Part shown: piece by piece, positions 28,000 to 38,900 of the stretch
Numbering within the stretch: position 1 is the first letter of the stretch
Layout: each line of letters opens with the position of its first letter
NCBI GenBank assembly: GCA_045863395.1
Contig: BTVJ01000043.1
Span: 1 to 64,000 of the forward strand
Source of the DNA: Myxococcales bacterium
GTDB taxonomy: Bacteria > Myxococcota_A > UBA9042 > JABWCM01 > BTVJ01
DNA: 64,000 nucleotides
Direction: 5' to 3'
Program-made: the position numbers and the translations under genes
Notes under the pieces: model-generated
Told to the model about the DNA's origin: nothing
Database searches by the model: none
What the model saw: only the letters and a program-made list of their open reading frames with translations

Positions 28000-28037
28000 G
28001 CAGGGTCCGCAACCGATCTGCGGCGCCGCGACCCTGC
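28000..28037 (+). terminator. Hairpin after the lipoprotein gene, possible terminator
   Basis: GCAGGGTC...GACCCTGC stem with an inner CCGCA/TGCGG pairing; no U-tract. Confidence 0.3.
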
Positions 28038-28078
28038 CCAGCGGCTGCTCGGCCTTCCCCCGGTCGCGTCCCGGGGTG

Positions 28079-28450
28079 ATGCGGGAGGCGCGGGTCACGA
28101 GGCGGGGGCTCGACGGCCTGTACCTGCTCACCGAGAAGGCGAGCGCGATGGCGGGCACCTTCCTGGGCGGCGACAAGGGCGCCAGGGCCCTGGTCGGGGT
28201 GGCCAGCGACAGGGACGACGGCTGGCGCGCGGTGGAGGACGCGCCCCGTCAGGCCCGGGACACGCTGGGAGAACGTGGAGCTCGCGTCGCGGCGCTCCAG
28301 GTGCGCGCCTGGCCCGAGGTGGCGGCGGTCCGCACGAGACAGCTCCACACGGTGGCAGGCGGGGCTCCACTCCACTTCGCTCCCTTCCGGCATCGGACCC
28401 TGGGCATCGCCAGGCGGCTGGGCATCCCGGCGCTCGACCCGAGCGCCCCC
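28079..28450 (+). pseudogene. Possible degenerate IS1634/IS4-like transposase remnant
   Basis: LDGLYLLT, WRAVEDAPRQARDTLG and AWPEV...RQLHTV...RRLGIP resemble C-terminal blocks of IS1634-type transposases; far too short to be intact. Confidence 0.35.
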
Positions 28451-28619
28451 CTTCCAGTGCCCGGCCCCACCCACCGCGAGCCGGACCCCCTCTGGGCTGC
28501 GGTGGGGCTCGGGCTGGCCGCGGAGGCGGCGCGGCCCGTCGAGGCGGGCGCGCTCCTCGGCGGCGAGCCCGCCGAGGCTGGTCGATCCTCCGGCGCACGC
28601 GCGGTGTCACGGACTTCAG

Positions 28620-28650
28620 TTGAAGCAGAACTACTTCGCTTCAATTTTTT
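28620..28650 (+). terminator. AT-rich inverted repeat plus T-tract (intrinsic terminator or operator)
   Basis: TTGAAGC-N11-GCTTCAA followed by TTTTTT in an otherwise GC-rich region. Confidence 0.4.
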
Positions 28651-28983
28651 CGGGCGCATCCATACCCACAATGTAACCGAACGAGCCGACACGGGCGGCA
28701 GCGACCAGGCGCGCATCATGCAAACAAGTCTGGAGAACACGTAGTGTGGCGCAGGCGCGTGACCGTCGGCCCACCTGGATGGCCCTCCCTCCCCGCTCGA
28801 ATGGCCTGGCACCCGGCACCGCACGACCACCGTTGCCTGGCCGAACGTTGTTGATCGCCCCTCCTACAACACCTACGGTTGTCCCATCGCAATGGTAGCC
28901 GCTCTGCCTCGAGGCCCGCGCCCGAGCCCTGGCGGCCTGCTGCCACGCCCCCAAGGCGCGGGCGTCCAACCCGGACGTCCCCC

Positions 28984-31900
28984 ATGACGAGCGCGAAGAC
29001 ATCGAGGTGGATCGTGAGGCGAGTACTCCCCCCGTTGGCCGCAACCCTGCTCGTGGGGGCGCTCGCCGGCGCGCTCCATGGCGCCGAGCTGGACCGGACG
29101 CTCAACATCCAGGGCGCCGTCTACACCAGCGCCGGGATGCCCGCCCAGGGCACCTTCGGGATGACCTTCCGCCTCTTTGACGCCGCGTCCGGCGGCACCA
29201 AGCTCTGGGAGCAGGCGGTCCCCAACGTGGGAGTGGTCGGTGGCGTGTTCGACGCGCCCCTGGGGCCGCTGCCTGGTGGCGTCCTCGAGAGCGCGGGCGC
29301 CGTGTGGCTCGAGACCGACGTGGAGGGCACTGTCCTGCCGCGCCAGCCGCTCCGGTCGGTGCCCTACTCGCTGGTGTCCCAGACCGCCCTCGTGGCGCAG
29401 GACCTCCAGTGCAGCGGCTGCGTAGGGCCGACGGACCTCGCAGACGGGGCGATCACGCCGGCGAAGCTGAGCAGCGGCCTCTACGGCATCAACATCTCGG
29501 GCAACGCGGCCACCGCCACCACTGCTGCGAGCGCGGCCACGGCCGTAGCCTTCTCGGGGGCGCTGGCCGGCGACGTCACCGGCGGACAAGGCGCGACGAC
29601 GGTGGGGAGAATCCGAGGCGTCACCGTGGCCCCGGTCGCGCCCAACGGCGGCCAGGTCCTCAAATACAACGCAACACAGCAGCGGTGGGAGCCCTCTGCG
29701 GACGACAACGGCGGCGGCAGCGTCACCAGCGTGGGCACGGGCGGGGGACTCACCGGCGGGCCGATCACCGGCGCCGGCACCATCGATCTCAAGCTGGCGT
29801 CCGCCGGGGGCCTCAGCAAGTCCCTGGGCGCAGGGAGCGACCTGGGCATCGCCGCCGCGGGGATCCAACCGGGCATGGTGGCGAGCGGCCTGTACGGCAT
29901 CAGCATCTCGGGGAACGCCGCCACTGCGACGACGGCCACCGGCTTCGGCGGGGTGCTGGCCGGCGACGTGGCGGGGACCCAGGGGGCGACCTCCGTGCAG
30001 AAGATCCGCGGCGTCGCGGTCGCCGGGACCACCCCTGCCGCCAACCAGGTCCTCAAGTACAACGCCACGTCGAGCCAGTGGGAGCCTGGCGCGGACGCCA
30101 CCGGGGGCACGGTCACGCAGGTGTCGACGGGGGCCGGCCTCCAAGGGGGGCCCATCACCACCAGCGGCACCGTGTCGCTGCGGCTCAACTCGGGGGGCGG
30201 CCTGTCGAGCGGCCTCGGGGCAGCCACCAACGAGCTGGGCATCGCGGCGGGTGGGGTCACGCCGGGGATGGTCTCGGCGGGCACCTACGGCGTGAACATC
30301 TCCGGCAACGCGGCGACGGCGACCATCGCCACCACTGCTGACAGCCTGTCGGGTCCCCTCGCGGGTGACGTCACCGGGGGCCAGGGGACCACGAAGGTCG
30401 TGAAGCTCCAGGGCGTGGACGTGGCGACCGCCGCCCCGACAGGAGGGCAGGTCCTCAAGTTCAACTCCACGTCGGGCAAGTGGGAGCCGGGCACCGACAA
30501 CAACGGCCTCGGGGGCACGGTTTCGTCGGTGAACACGGGTGCGGGCCTGTCCGGTGGGCCCATCACGTCGTCGGGGACCATCGATCTGAAGCTCGCCTCG
30601 GCGGGCGGCCTCAGCAAGGCGCTGGGGTCCGGGGGCGACCTGGGCATCGCGGCGGGTGGGGTGGTGCCCACCATGGTGGCGAGCGGCACCTATGGCATCA
30701 ATGTCTCTGGCAATGCGGCGACGGCCACGACGGCGACCAGCGCCTCTTCGGCCACGAACTTCACCGGGGCGCTCGGTGGAGACGTCACCGGCAACCAGGC
30801 CACCACCAAGGTGGCGAAGATCCAGGGCGTGGCGGTCTCGGCGACCGCCCCGACGGGCGGACAGATCCTCAAGTACAACTCCGCCAGCGGGCTCTGGGCG
30901 CCGGCGGCGGACAACGCGGGTGACGGGGGGACCGTCACCACCGTCAACACTGGGGCCGGGCTGAGCGGGGGTCCCATCACCACCGCGGGGACCATCGACC
31001 TGAAGCTGGCCAGCGCCGGGGGCCTCTCCAAGACGCTCAACACCAACGAGCTGGGCATCGCGGCGGGTGGGGTCGTGCCGGCCATGGTGGGGAGCGGCCT
31101 CTACGGCATCAACATCTCCGGGAACGCCGCGACTGCCACCTCCGCGACCAGCGCAACGAGCGCGACCACCGCGACGAGCGCGACCAGCTTCACGGGCGCC
31201 CTGGGCGGGGACGTGACGGGCAATCAGGGCAGCACCCTGGTGGGGAGGATCCAGGGAGTGACTGTCTCGGCGACGGCGCCCACCGCCAACCAGGTGCTCA
31301 AGTACAACGGCACCCAGTGGGCGCCGGCAACCGACGCGTCGAACTCCGGCACCGTGACCAGCGTCGGGACCGGGCAGGGCCTGACCGGAGGCACGATTAC
31401 GACCGCTGGTACCATCAATCTGTCGCTCAACGCGAGCGGAGGCCTCTCCAAGACCCTGGGCACCGGCACCAACGAGCTGGGCATCGCCGCGGGGGGCGTC
31501 ACCCCTGCCATGGTGTCGAGCGGCCTCTACGGCATCAACATCTCCGGCAACGCGGCGACGGCGACCACGGCGACCAGCGCCACCAGCGCGACCACCGCGA
31601 CGACGGCGACCACCTTCACGGGGGCGCTGAACGGAGACGTGACCGGAAACCAGACCACCACCAAGGTGGCGAAGATCCAGGGCGTGACGGTGTCCACGAC
31701 GGCGCCGACCACCAACCAGGTGCTCAAGTACAACGGCACGCAGTGGGCGCCGGCAACCGACTCCTCCAACTCGGGCACGGTCACCAGCGTCGGGACGGGG
31801 CAGGGGCTGACTGGGGGGACCATCACCTCGTCCGGCACGATCAACCTGTCACTCAACGCCGGCGGAGGCCTGTCCAAGACGCTGGGCACCGGGACCAACG

Positions 31901-34900
31901 AGCTGGGCATCGCGGCGGGCGGCATCGTGCCGGCCATGGTGTCGAGCGGGCTGTACGGGGTCAACATCTCCGGCAACGCGGCCACGGCCACATCGGCGAC
32001 CAGCGCCACGAGCGCGACCTCTGCGGCGAACTTCACGGGCGCCCTGGGCGGCGACGTCACCGGCAACCAGACCGCGACGACGGTCACCAAGATTCAGGGG
32101 GTCGCGGTCGCGACGACCGCCCCCACCGCCAACCAGGTGATGAAGTTCAACGGCACCCAGTGGGCGCCGGCGGCGGACTTGTCCAACGCCGGCACCGTCA
32201 CCAGCGTGGCGACGGGCCAAGGCCTGAGCGGCGGCACCATCACCACGTCCGGCACGGTCAACCTGCGGCTGAACGCGACCGGCGGGCTGTCCAAGACGTT
32301 GGGCACGGGGACCAACGAGCTGGGCATCGCGACCGGAGGCATCGTCCCGGCCATGGTGTCGAGTGGGCTCTACGGGATCAACGTCTCGGGCAACGCAGCG
32401 ACGGCGACGAGCGCCACCAGCGCGACCACCGCGACCACGGCCACCAGCTTCTCGGGCGCCCTGGACGGGGACGTGACCGGCAACCAGACCACCACGACGG
32501 TCGCCAGGATCCAGGGGGTAGGGGTGGCCACCACGGCGCCTGCCGCCAACCAGGTGCTGAAGTACAACGGCACCCAGTGGGCGCCCGCAGCGGACGCGGG
32601 TGGGAACGGTACGGTGACCAGCGTCGCGACGGGACAGGGGCTGAGCGGGGGCACGATCACGACGACAGGGACCGTCAATCTGCGCCTCAACGCGACGGGG
32701 GGCCTGTCCAAGACCCTGGGCACAGGGACCAACGAGCTGGGCATCGCAGCGGGCGGCGTCGTTCCGACCATGGTGTCGAGCGGCCTCTACGGAATCAACA
32801 TCTCGGGCAACGCGGCGACGGCGACCACCGCGACCAGCGCCACCAGCGCGACGACCGCCAGCACGGCCACCAACTTCTCAGGTGCCCTGGGCGGCGACGT
32901 CACGGGCAGCCAGACCACCACGACGGTCGCCAGGATCCAGGGTGTCGGCGTCGCGACGACGGCCCCCACGATCAACCAAGTGATGAAGTTCAACGGCACG
33001 CAGTGGGCGCCGGCCACCGACGCCTCCAACTCCGGCACGGTCACCAGCGTGGCGACCGGGCAGGGGCTGAGCGGAGGCACCATCACCACCACAGGGACCG
33101 TGAACCTGCGCCTGAACGCAACCGGCGGGCTGTCGAAGACGCTGGGCACCGGCACCAACGAGCTGGGCATCGCGGCCAATGGCATCGTCCCGACCATGGT
33201 GTCGAGCGGCCTCTATGGCATCAACATCTCAGGAAACGCGGCCACGGCGACCACCGCCACCAGCGCCACCTCGGCGACGACTGCGACGACCGCCACCAAC
33301 TTCTCGGGCGCCCTGAACGGCGACGTCACCGGAAACCAGACCACCACGAAGGTCACGAAGATCCAGGGAGTCCCCGTCGTGACGACGGCCCCCACCATCA
33401 ACCAGGTGATGAAGTTCAACGGCACCCAGTGGGCGCCGGCCGCAGACGCCTCAAACGCGGGAACGGTCACGAGCGTGGCGACTGGTCAGGGCCTGAGCGG
33501 CGGCACGATCACGACCACCGGTACCTTGACCGTGCGCCTCAACGCGACCGGCGGTCTGTCCAAGACCCTGGGCACGGGCACCAACGAGCTGGGCATCGCC
33601 GCGGCGGGCATCGTCCCGGCCATGGTGTCCAGCGGGCTCTACGGCATCAACATCTCGGGCAACGCCGCGACGGCGACGTCGGCGACCAGCGCGGCGAGCG
33701 CGACCACGGCGACCAACTTCTCGGGGACCCTCAACGGAGACGTCACGGGCAACCAGACGACGACGAAGGTCACGAAGATCCAGGGAGTCCCCGTCGTGAC
33801 GACGGCCCCCACCATCAACCAGGTGATGAAGTTCAACGGCACCCAGTGGGCGCCGGCCGCAGACGCCTCAAACGCGGGAACGGTCACGAGCGTGGCGACT
33901 GGTCAGGGCCTGAGCGGCGGCACGATCACGACCACCGGTACCTTGACCGTGCGCCTCAACGCGACCGGCGGTCTGTCCAAGACCCTGGGCACGGGCACCA
34001 ACGAGCTGGGCATCGCCGCGGCGGGCATCGTCCCGGCCATGGTGTCCAGCGGGCTCTACGGCATCAACATCTCGGGCAACGCCGCGACGGCGACGTCGGC
34101 GACCAGCGCGGCGAGCGCGACCACGGCGACCAACTTCTCGGGGACCCTCAACGGAGACGTCACGGGCAACCAGACGACGACGAAGGTGGCAAAGATCCAG
34201 GGAGTCGCCGTGGCGACCACCGCGCCGACCACCAACCAGGTGCTGAAGTACAACGGGACCCAGTGGGCGCCCGCCGCGGACGTAGGCGGCGCGGGCACGG
34301 TGACCAGCGTCGCCACCGGCCAGGGCCTCATTGGCGGCACGATCACCTCCACGGGCACCATCGACCTGCGCCTGAACACGGCCGGCGGGCTGTCGAAGAC
34401 CTTGGGGGCGGGCACGAACGAGCTGGGCATCAAGGCCGGGGGGATCGTCCCCGGGATGGTGTCCAACGGCACCTACACCATGAGCATCTCGGGCAACGCG
34501 GCGACTGCCACGTCCGCCACCACCGCCACCAATGCCACCAACTTCACCGGCGCCCTCAACGGGGACGTGACGGGCAACCAGACCACGGCGAAGGTGGTGA
34601 AGATCCAGAACGTGCCGGTGGTGACCACCGTGCCGACCAGCGGGCAGGTGCTGAAGTACAACGGCACCCAGTGGGCGCCGGCGGCGGACGCGACGGGCTC
34701 CGGGGTCACGTCCGTGACGGCGAGCGCGCCCTTGGCGTCTTCGGGCGGGACGGCGCCCAACATCTCGCTGACGGGGACGGTCGCCATCGCCCGGGGAGGG
34801 ACGGGCATCACGACTGGACCCACCGCCGCGGGACAGTTCATGCGCAGCACCGGTAACGGGGCGTGGGGCGTGTCCACCATCGCTGCGGGCGACATCCCGA

Positions 34901-35910
34901 GCGGCAGCAACAACTACATTCGAAACGGCACTGCGGCCCAGTCGGCGAGCTTCAACGTGACGGGCACGGGCACGGTGGCCACGCTCTCCGTCACGGGGAC
35001 CGGGACGCTCGGCGCCCTCGCCGTGACGGGGGCCAGCACCATGAATGGCTCCCTGACGGCGCGGGGAGGGATCACCCACGACGGGGGGAACCTCAACCTC
35101 AACGCCAGCACCGGGATCGTCAACATCGGGAACTACCTCTACGCCAACTCGAAGCACGCCATCCAGGCTACGGACGCTTGGCTCCGCCTGAACCAGGGCG
35201 GGGCGTTCACGAGCGGCATCTACTCGCCGGGCTTCCTCCGCGTCGACGGCGGCTTCGCCTCCGGTGGCGTGGGCACCCTCGGGGCCGGCACCATCAACGC
35301 GACCAGCATGATCAAGATGGGGAACACGAGCGTGACGTGCAGCACCACCTACGCGGGCGCCGTGCGCTGGAACGGCACCGTGTTTCAGGGCTGTAATGGA
35401 ACGACGTGGGTGACGTTCAGCACGACCGGGGGCACGTGCAACTGCCCGTCGGGATTCACAGTGAGCGGCTCAAACTGCGTGAGGACCTACGACATCACCC
35501 AGGGTCAGCTCCTCGACATGCCCAACGAGTGCTCGGGGACGGCGTCGCACTACTACAGCCCATGCACCACGGTCGCTCCGGGCTTCACGTGGTCCGACCT
35601 GGGCGGATCGGTGGGGGCGGTGCAGGCGGTCAGCATCAGCATGAACTCGGGGATCATCTGCGCATCAGGCTCCGGCACCGCCACGCTGAACGGCACCGGC
35701 ATCGGGACCTACGCGCCTCCCTACGACTGCAATTGCACTCCAAGCCCGACAGTGGTGACATTCGCGAGCGTCTCGACGGGCGCCTACACGAAGGGCGGCA
35801 ACAACACAGTCAGACTTCCCGCCATTGGCAACACCTGCGTGGGCCTGAGTCGCAATGCGTCCTGGGGCAGCAACTTCGCGAGAGTTTCGGTCACCTACGC
35901 TTGCCAGTGA
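28984..35910 (+). CDS. Giant repetitive fibre-like adhesin (tail-fibre/MAT-like, ~2300 aa)
   Basis: Signal peptide; N-domain QG...MTFRLFDAASGGTKLWEQ...PRQPLRSVPY; 13 repeats of ~140 aa (GNAATAT...GDVTG...KIQG...QVLKYNGTQWAP...TVTSV.TG.GL.GGTITT.GT); GAVRWNG...CNGTTW neck; Cys-containing tip. Confidence 0.85.
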   Translation: MTSAKTSRWIVRRVLPPLAATLLVGALAGALHGAELDRTLNIQGAVYTSAGMPAQGTFGMTFRLFDAASGGTKLWEQAVPNVGVVGGVFDAPLGPLPGGVLESAGAVWLETDVEGTVLPRQPLRSVPYSLVSQTALVAQDLQCSGCVGPTDLADGAITPAKLSSGLYGINISGNAATATTAASAATAVAFSGALAGDVTGGQGATTVGRIRGVTVAPVAPNGGQVLKYNATQQRWEPSADDNGGGSVTSVGTGGGLTGGPITGAGTIDLKLASAGGLSKSLGAGSDLGIAAAGIQPGMVASGLYGISISGNAATATTATGFGGVLAGDVAGTQGATSVQKIRGVAVAGTTPAANQVLKYNATSSQWEPGADATGGTVTQVSTGAGLQGGPITTSGTVSLRLNSGGGLSSGLGAATNELGIAAGGVTPGMVSAGTYGVNISGNAATATIATTADSLSGPLAGDVTGGQGTTKVVKLQGVDVATAAPTGGQVLKFNSTSGKWEPGTDNNGLGGTVSSVNTGAGLSGGPITSSGTIDLKLASAGGLSKALGSGGDLGIAAGGVVPTMVASGTYGINVSGNAATATTATSASSATNFTGALGGDVTGNQATTKVAKIQGVAVSATAPTGGQILKYNSASGLWAPAADNAGDGGTVTTVNTGAGLSGGPITTAGTIDLKLASAGGLSKTLNTNELGIAAGGVVPAMVGSGLYGINISGNAATATSATSATSATTATSATSFTGALGGDVTGNQGSTLVGRIQGVTVSATAPTANQVLKYNGTQWAPATDASNSGTVTSVGTGQGLTGGTITTAGTINLSLNASGGLSKTLGTGTNELGIAAGGVTPAMVSSGLYGINISGNAATATTATSATSATTATTATTFTGALNGDVTGNQTTTKVAKIQGVTVSTTAPTTNQVLKYNGTQWAPATDSSNSGTVTSVGTGQGLTGGTITSSGTINLSLNAGGGLSKTLGTGTNELGIAAGGIVPAMVSSGLYGVNISGNAATATSATSATSATSAANFTGALGGDVTGNQTATTVTKIQGVAVATTAPTANQVMKFNGTQWAPAADLSNAGTVTSVATGQGLSGGTITTSGTVNLRLNATGGLSKTLGTGTNELGIATGGIVPAMVSSGLYGINVSGNAATATSATSATTATTATSFSGALDGDVTGNQTTTTVARIQGVGVATTAPAANQVLKYNGTQWAPAADAGGNGTVTSVATGQGLSGGTITTTGTVNLRLNATGGLSKTLGTGTNELGIAAGGVVPTMVSSGLYGINISGNAATATTATSATSATTASTATNFSGALGGDVTGSQTTTTVARIQGVGVATTAPTINQVMKFNGTQWAPATDASNSGTVTSVATGQGLSGGTITTTGTVNLRLNATGGLSKTLGTGTNELGIAANGIVPTMVSSGLYGINISGNAATATTATSATSATTATTATNFSGALNGDVTGNQTTTKVTKIQGVPVVTTAPTINQVMKFNGTQWAPAADASNAGTVTSVATGQGLSGGTITTTGTLTVRLNATGGLSKTLGTGTNELGIAAAGIVPAMVSSGLYGINISGNAATATSATSAASATTATNFSGTLNGDVTGNQTTTKVTKIQGVPVVTTAPTINQVMKFNGTQWAPAADASNAGTVTSVATGQGLSGGTITTTGTLTVRLNATGGLSKTLGTGTNELGIAAAGIVPAMVSSGLYGINISGNAATATSATSAASATTATNFSGTLNGDVTGNQTTTKVAKIQGVAVATTAPTTNQVLKYNGTQWAPAADVGGAGTVTSVATGQGLIGGTITSTGTIDLRLNTAGGLSKTLGAGTNELGIKAGGIVPGMVSNGTYTMSISGNAATATSATTATNATNFTGALNGDVTGNQTTAKVVKIQNVPVVTTVPTSGQVLKYNGTQWAPAADATGSGVTSVTASAPLASSGGTAPNISLTGTVAIARGGTGITTGPTAAGQFMRSTGNGAWGVSTIAAGDIPSGSNNYIRNGTAAQSASFNVTGTGTVATLSVTGTGTLGALAVTGASTMNGSLTARGGITHDGGNLNLNASTGIVNIGNYLYANSKHAIQATDAWLRLNQGGAFTSGIYSPGFLRVDGGFASGGVGTLGAGTINATSMIKMGNTSVTCSTTYAGAVRWNGTVFQGCNGTTWVTFSTTGGTCNCPSGFTVSGSNCVRTYDITQGQLLDMPNECSGTASHYYSPCTTVAPGFTWSDLGGSVGAVQAVSISMNSGIICASGSGTATLNGTGIGTYAPPYDCNCTPSPTVVTFASVSTGAYTKGGNNTVRLPAIGNTCVGLSRNASWGSNFARVSVTYACQ
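33346..34187 (+). repeat. Exact 417-bp tandem duplication inside the adhesin
   Basis: 33346-33762 and 33763-34179 read identical by eye, including synonymous positions. Confidence 0.9.
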
Positions 35911-35938
35911 CCGGGTCAGCGCACATCCGGAGATCCCC

Positions 35939-38900
35939 ATGAGCCGATCAGTGGCCGGCCCCCGCGGGCCGAATCAGCGCCCCGGGGGGCAGTGGCTCGT
36001 CCTGACCATCGCGCTCGCTGTGGGAGCGTGCGCCGACGTCAGCCCTCCCGGCTTCTCCGGCCTCCCGGCCAAGGACGCAGGCGCGGAGAGCGACTCGGTG
36101 GAAGACGTCGGTCCGGCGGACACCTCGGGTATCGACGCAGAGGACGCGGCCTGGATCGACAGCGCGGACCAGTATGGGGGAGACAAGGGAGACACGTCTG
36201 GAGACTCGGTTGATGGCGCGACGGACTCCGGCGGCTTCGAGGACACAGCAGACTCCGGGCCGGACGTCGGCGCGGACGCGGACTCAGGGCCACAGGACGT
36301 CCCTGACGCCTCTCTGGTGGAGTGCCTCGGCGACGGAGACTGCAACGACTTCGACCCCTGCACCACCGACGAGTGCGACGCGGGAGTGTGCTCACACACG
36401 CAGCTTCCCTGCGACGACGGAGACCCGTGTACGCTGAACCAGTGCGGTCCGGGTGGGTGCCTGCACCCCCCCAAGCCGTGCAGCGACGGCGACCCTTGCA
36501 CGGACGACGGCTGCGAGGCCGGGACCTGCACCCACGCACCCGCGGACTGCGACGACGGAGATGCCTGCACCGACGACGGGTGTGGCCCCCAGGGGTGCAC
36601 ACACTCGCCCGCGACCTGCACCGACGGGGACCCATGTACGGTGGACGTTTGCGCTGCCGGGGCGTGCACCTCCACGCCGACAGACTGCGATGACGGCAAC
36701 CCCTGCACCACCGACACCTGCGGAGTCAACGGCTGCCAGAACCTGGCGACCGCCTGCGATGACGGAGACCCGTGCACCGTCGACGGCTGCACGCCGGGCG
36801 GTGCGTGCAGTTGGTCGGCCGTGGCCTGTGACGACGACAACCCCTGCACCGCGGACGCGTGCGTGGGTGGGGCCTGCCTGAGCGAGCCCGCGCCGTGCGA
36901 CGACGGCGACGCATGCACGCTGGACACGTGTGTGCCGGGCGCCGGGTGCCTGGGCTTCCCCGTGCTGTGCGACGACGGCGACGCGTGCACCGACGACCTG
37001 TGCGACCCGGCGACTGGCTGCACCACCGCCGCTTCGGTGTGCGACGACGGCGACCCCTGCACCGCCGACGGGTGCGACCCCGCGGTCGGCTGCGGCCACC
37101 TGCCCAAGACCTGCACCGGCAACGCCTGCCTGGAGAGCGCGTGCGACCCCGTGACCGGGGGCTGCGCGACGACCCCCGTGAGCTGCGACGACGGAGATCC
37201 GTGCACGAACGATGCGTGCGACCCGACGAGCGGGTGCGAGCACGGGGCGGTCGTCTGCCAGGGCACCGCCTGCACCAACGTGGCGTGCGACCCGGAGACC
37301 GGCGGGTGCCTCTCCGCCCCCGTGGACTGCGGCCCCAGCGGAGACTGCATCGTCTCGGCCTGCGACCCGGCGAGCGGGTGCGTCTCGGCGCTCGAGGAGT
37401 GTGGCGACGGAGACCCCTGCACGTGGGACGCCTGCACCCCCGGCGCCGGGTGCGTCCACGTCGCCATCCCCGACTGCGAGGGCTGCTCGGTGAGCTCGCA
37501 GTGCAGCGACGGCGACGCCTGCACCGACGAGACCTGCGCTGCAGGAGTGTGCGCGTCGGCGGCGGTCTCCTGCGACGACGGCGACGGCTGCACGGTCGAT
37601 GCGTGCAGCGCGGTGCTCGGGTGCTCGAACACCGCCATCCTGTGCGGCGACGGGGACCCCTGCACGACGGACGCCTGCGACCCGACGGCGGGGGCTTGCG
37701 TCTACACCGAGGTCTCCTGCGACGACGGAGACCCGTGCACGAGCAACGGCTGCAACGGCGTGAGCGGGCTCTGCGTCTCGGCCCCCGCGCTCTGTGACGA
37801 CGGGGACCCCTGCACCGCGGACGCCTGCAACCCCGCTACCGGGGGCTGCGTGTCCTCGGCGAAGCCGTGCGACGACGGTGACGGATGCACCGTGGACACC
37901 TGCTCCCCGCTGACGGGCGCGTGCCAGTACAAGGCCATCGCCTGCAACGACGGAGATGTCTGTACGGCAGATTCGTGCGACCCGTCCTCGGGCACCTGCG
38001 CGAATGTTCCCACACTCTGCGATGACGGTGAGCCCTGCACCCTCGACGTCTGCAATGCCATCACCGGCGCCTGCCTGACGGCCCCCAACGACTGTGACGA
38101 CGACGACGCCTGCACCAGCGACTCGTGCACCCCCGGGGTCGGTTGCGCCCATGCCACGAAGACCTGCGACGACGGAGACGCCTGCACGGCCAACGCCTGC
38201 GACCCGCTGACCGGACAGTGCTCCTTCGAGAGCGCGGCCTGCGACGACGGGGACGCCTGCACGACGGACTCCTGCTCTCCGACCAGTGGAGACTGCTCCC
38301 ACGCTCCCATCGACTGCGAGGATGGCAACCCCTGCACCGACAACCCGTGCGCCAAGGAGACGGGCTGCGGGTCAGTCTCCGCGGCCTGCGACGACGACAA
38401 CGCCTGCACGGTGGATGGCTGCGAAATCCCAGGCGGCTGCTTCCACGGGTCCGGTGACTGCGCGGACGGAGACCCCTGCACGACGGACACCTGCGACCCG
38501 AGCACCGGGTGCCTCCATGTGCCCGTCGACTGCGGCGACGGGGAGCCATGCACCGACGATCACTGTCACGCGACCACCGGCGTATGCGCCTCCGTGCCGA
38601 CGGACTGCGATGACGGCAACCCTTGTACGGAGGAGACCTGCGTGCAGGGGGCGGGCTGCACATACTCGCCGAAGCCCTGCTCCGACGGGGACCTCTGCAC
38701 CCTGGACGGGTGTGACCCGGTCACGGGGGCCTGCCAGTTCGCGCCCATTAGCTGCGACGACGGGACCTCCTGCACCACGGACGCCTGCGACGCGGGCACC
38801 TGCGTGAATGACCCGGTGGACTGCGAGGACGGCAACCCCTGCACCGACAACCCGTGCGACGCTTCCGCGGGCTGCGGGTCGGCGCCCGCCACCTGCGGCG

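Noticed and set aside
28807..28824. Sigma54 promoter for the adhesin (TGGCACCCGGCACCGC)
   Set aside because: The GC dinucleotide is not 10 nt after GG, so -12 spacing is wrong.
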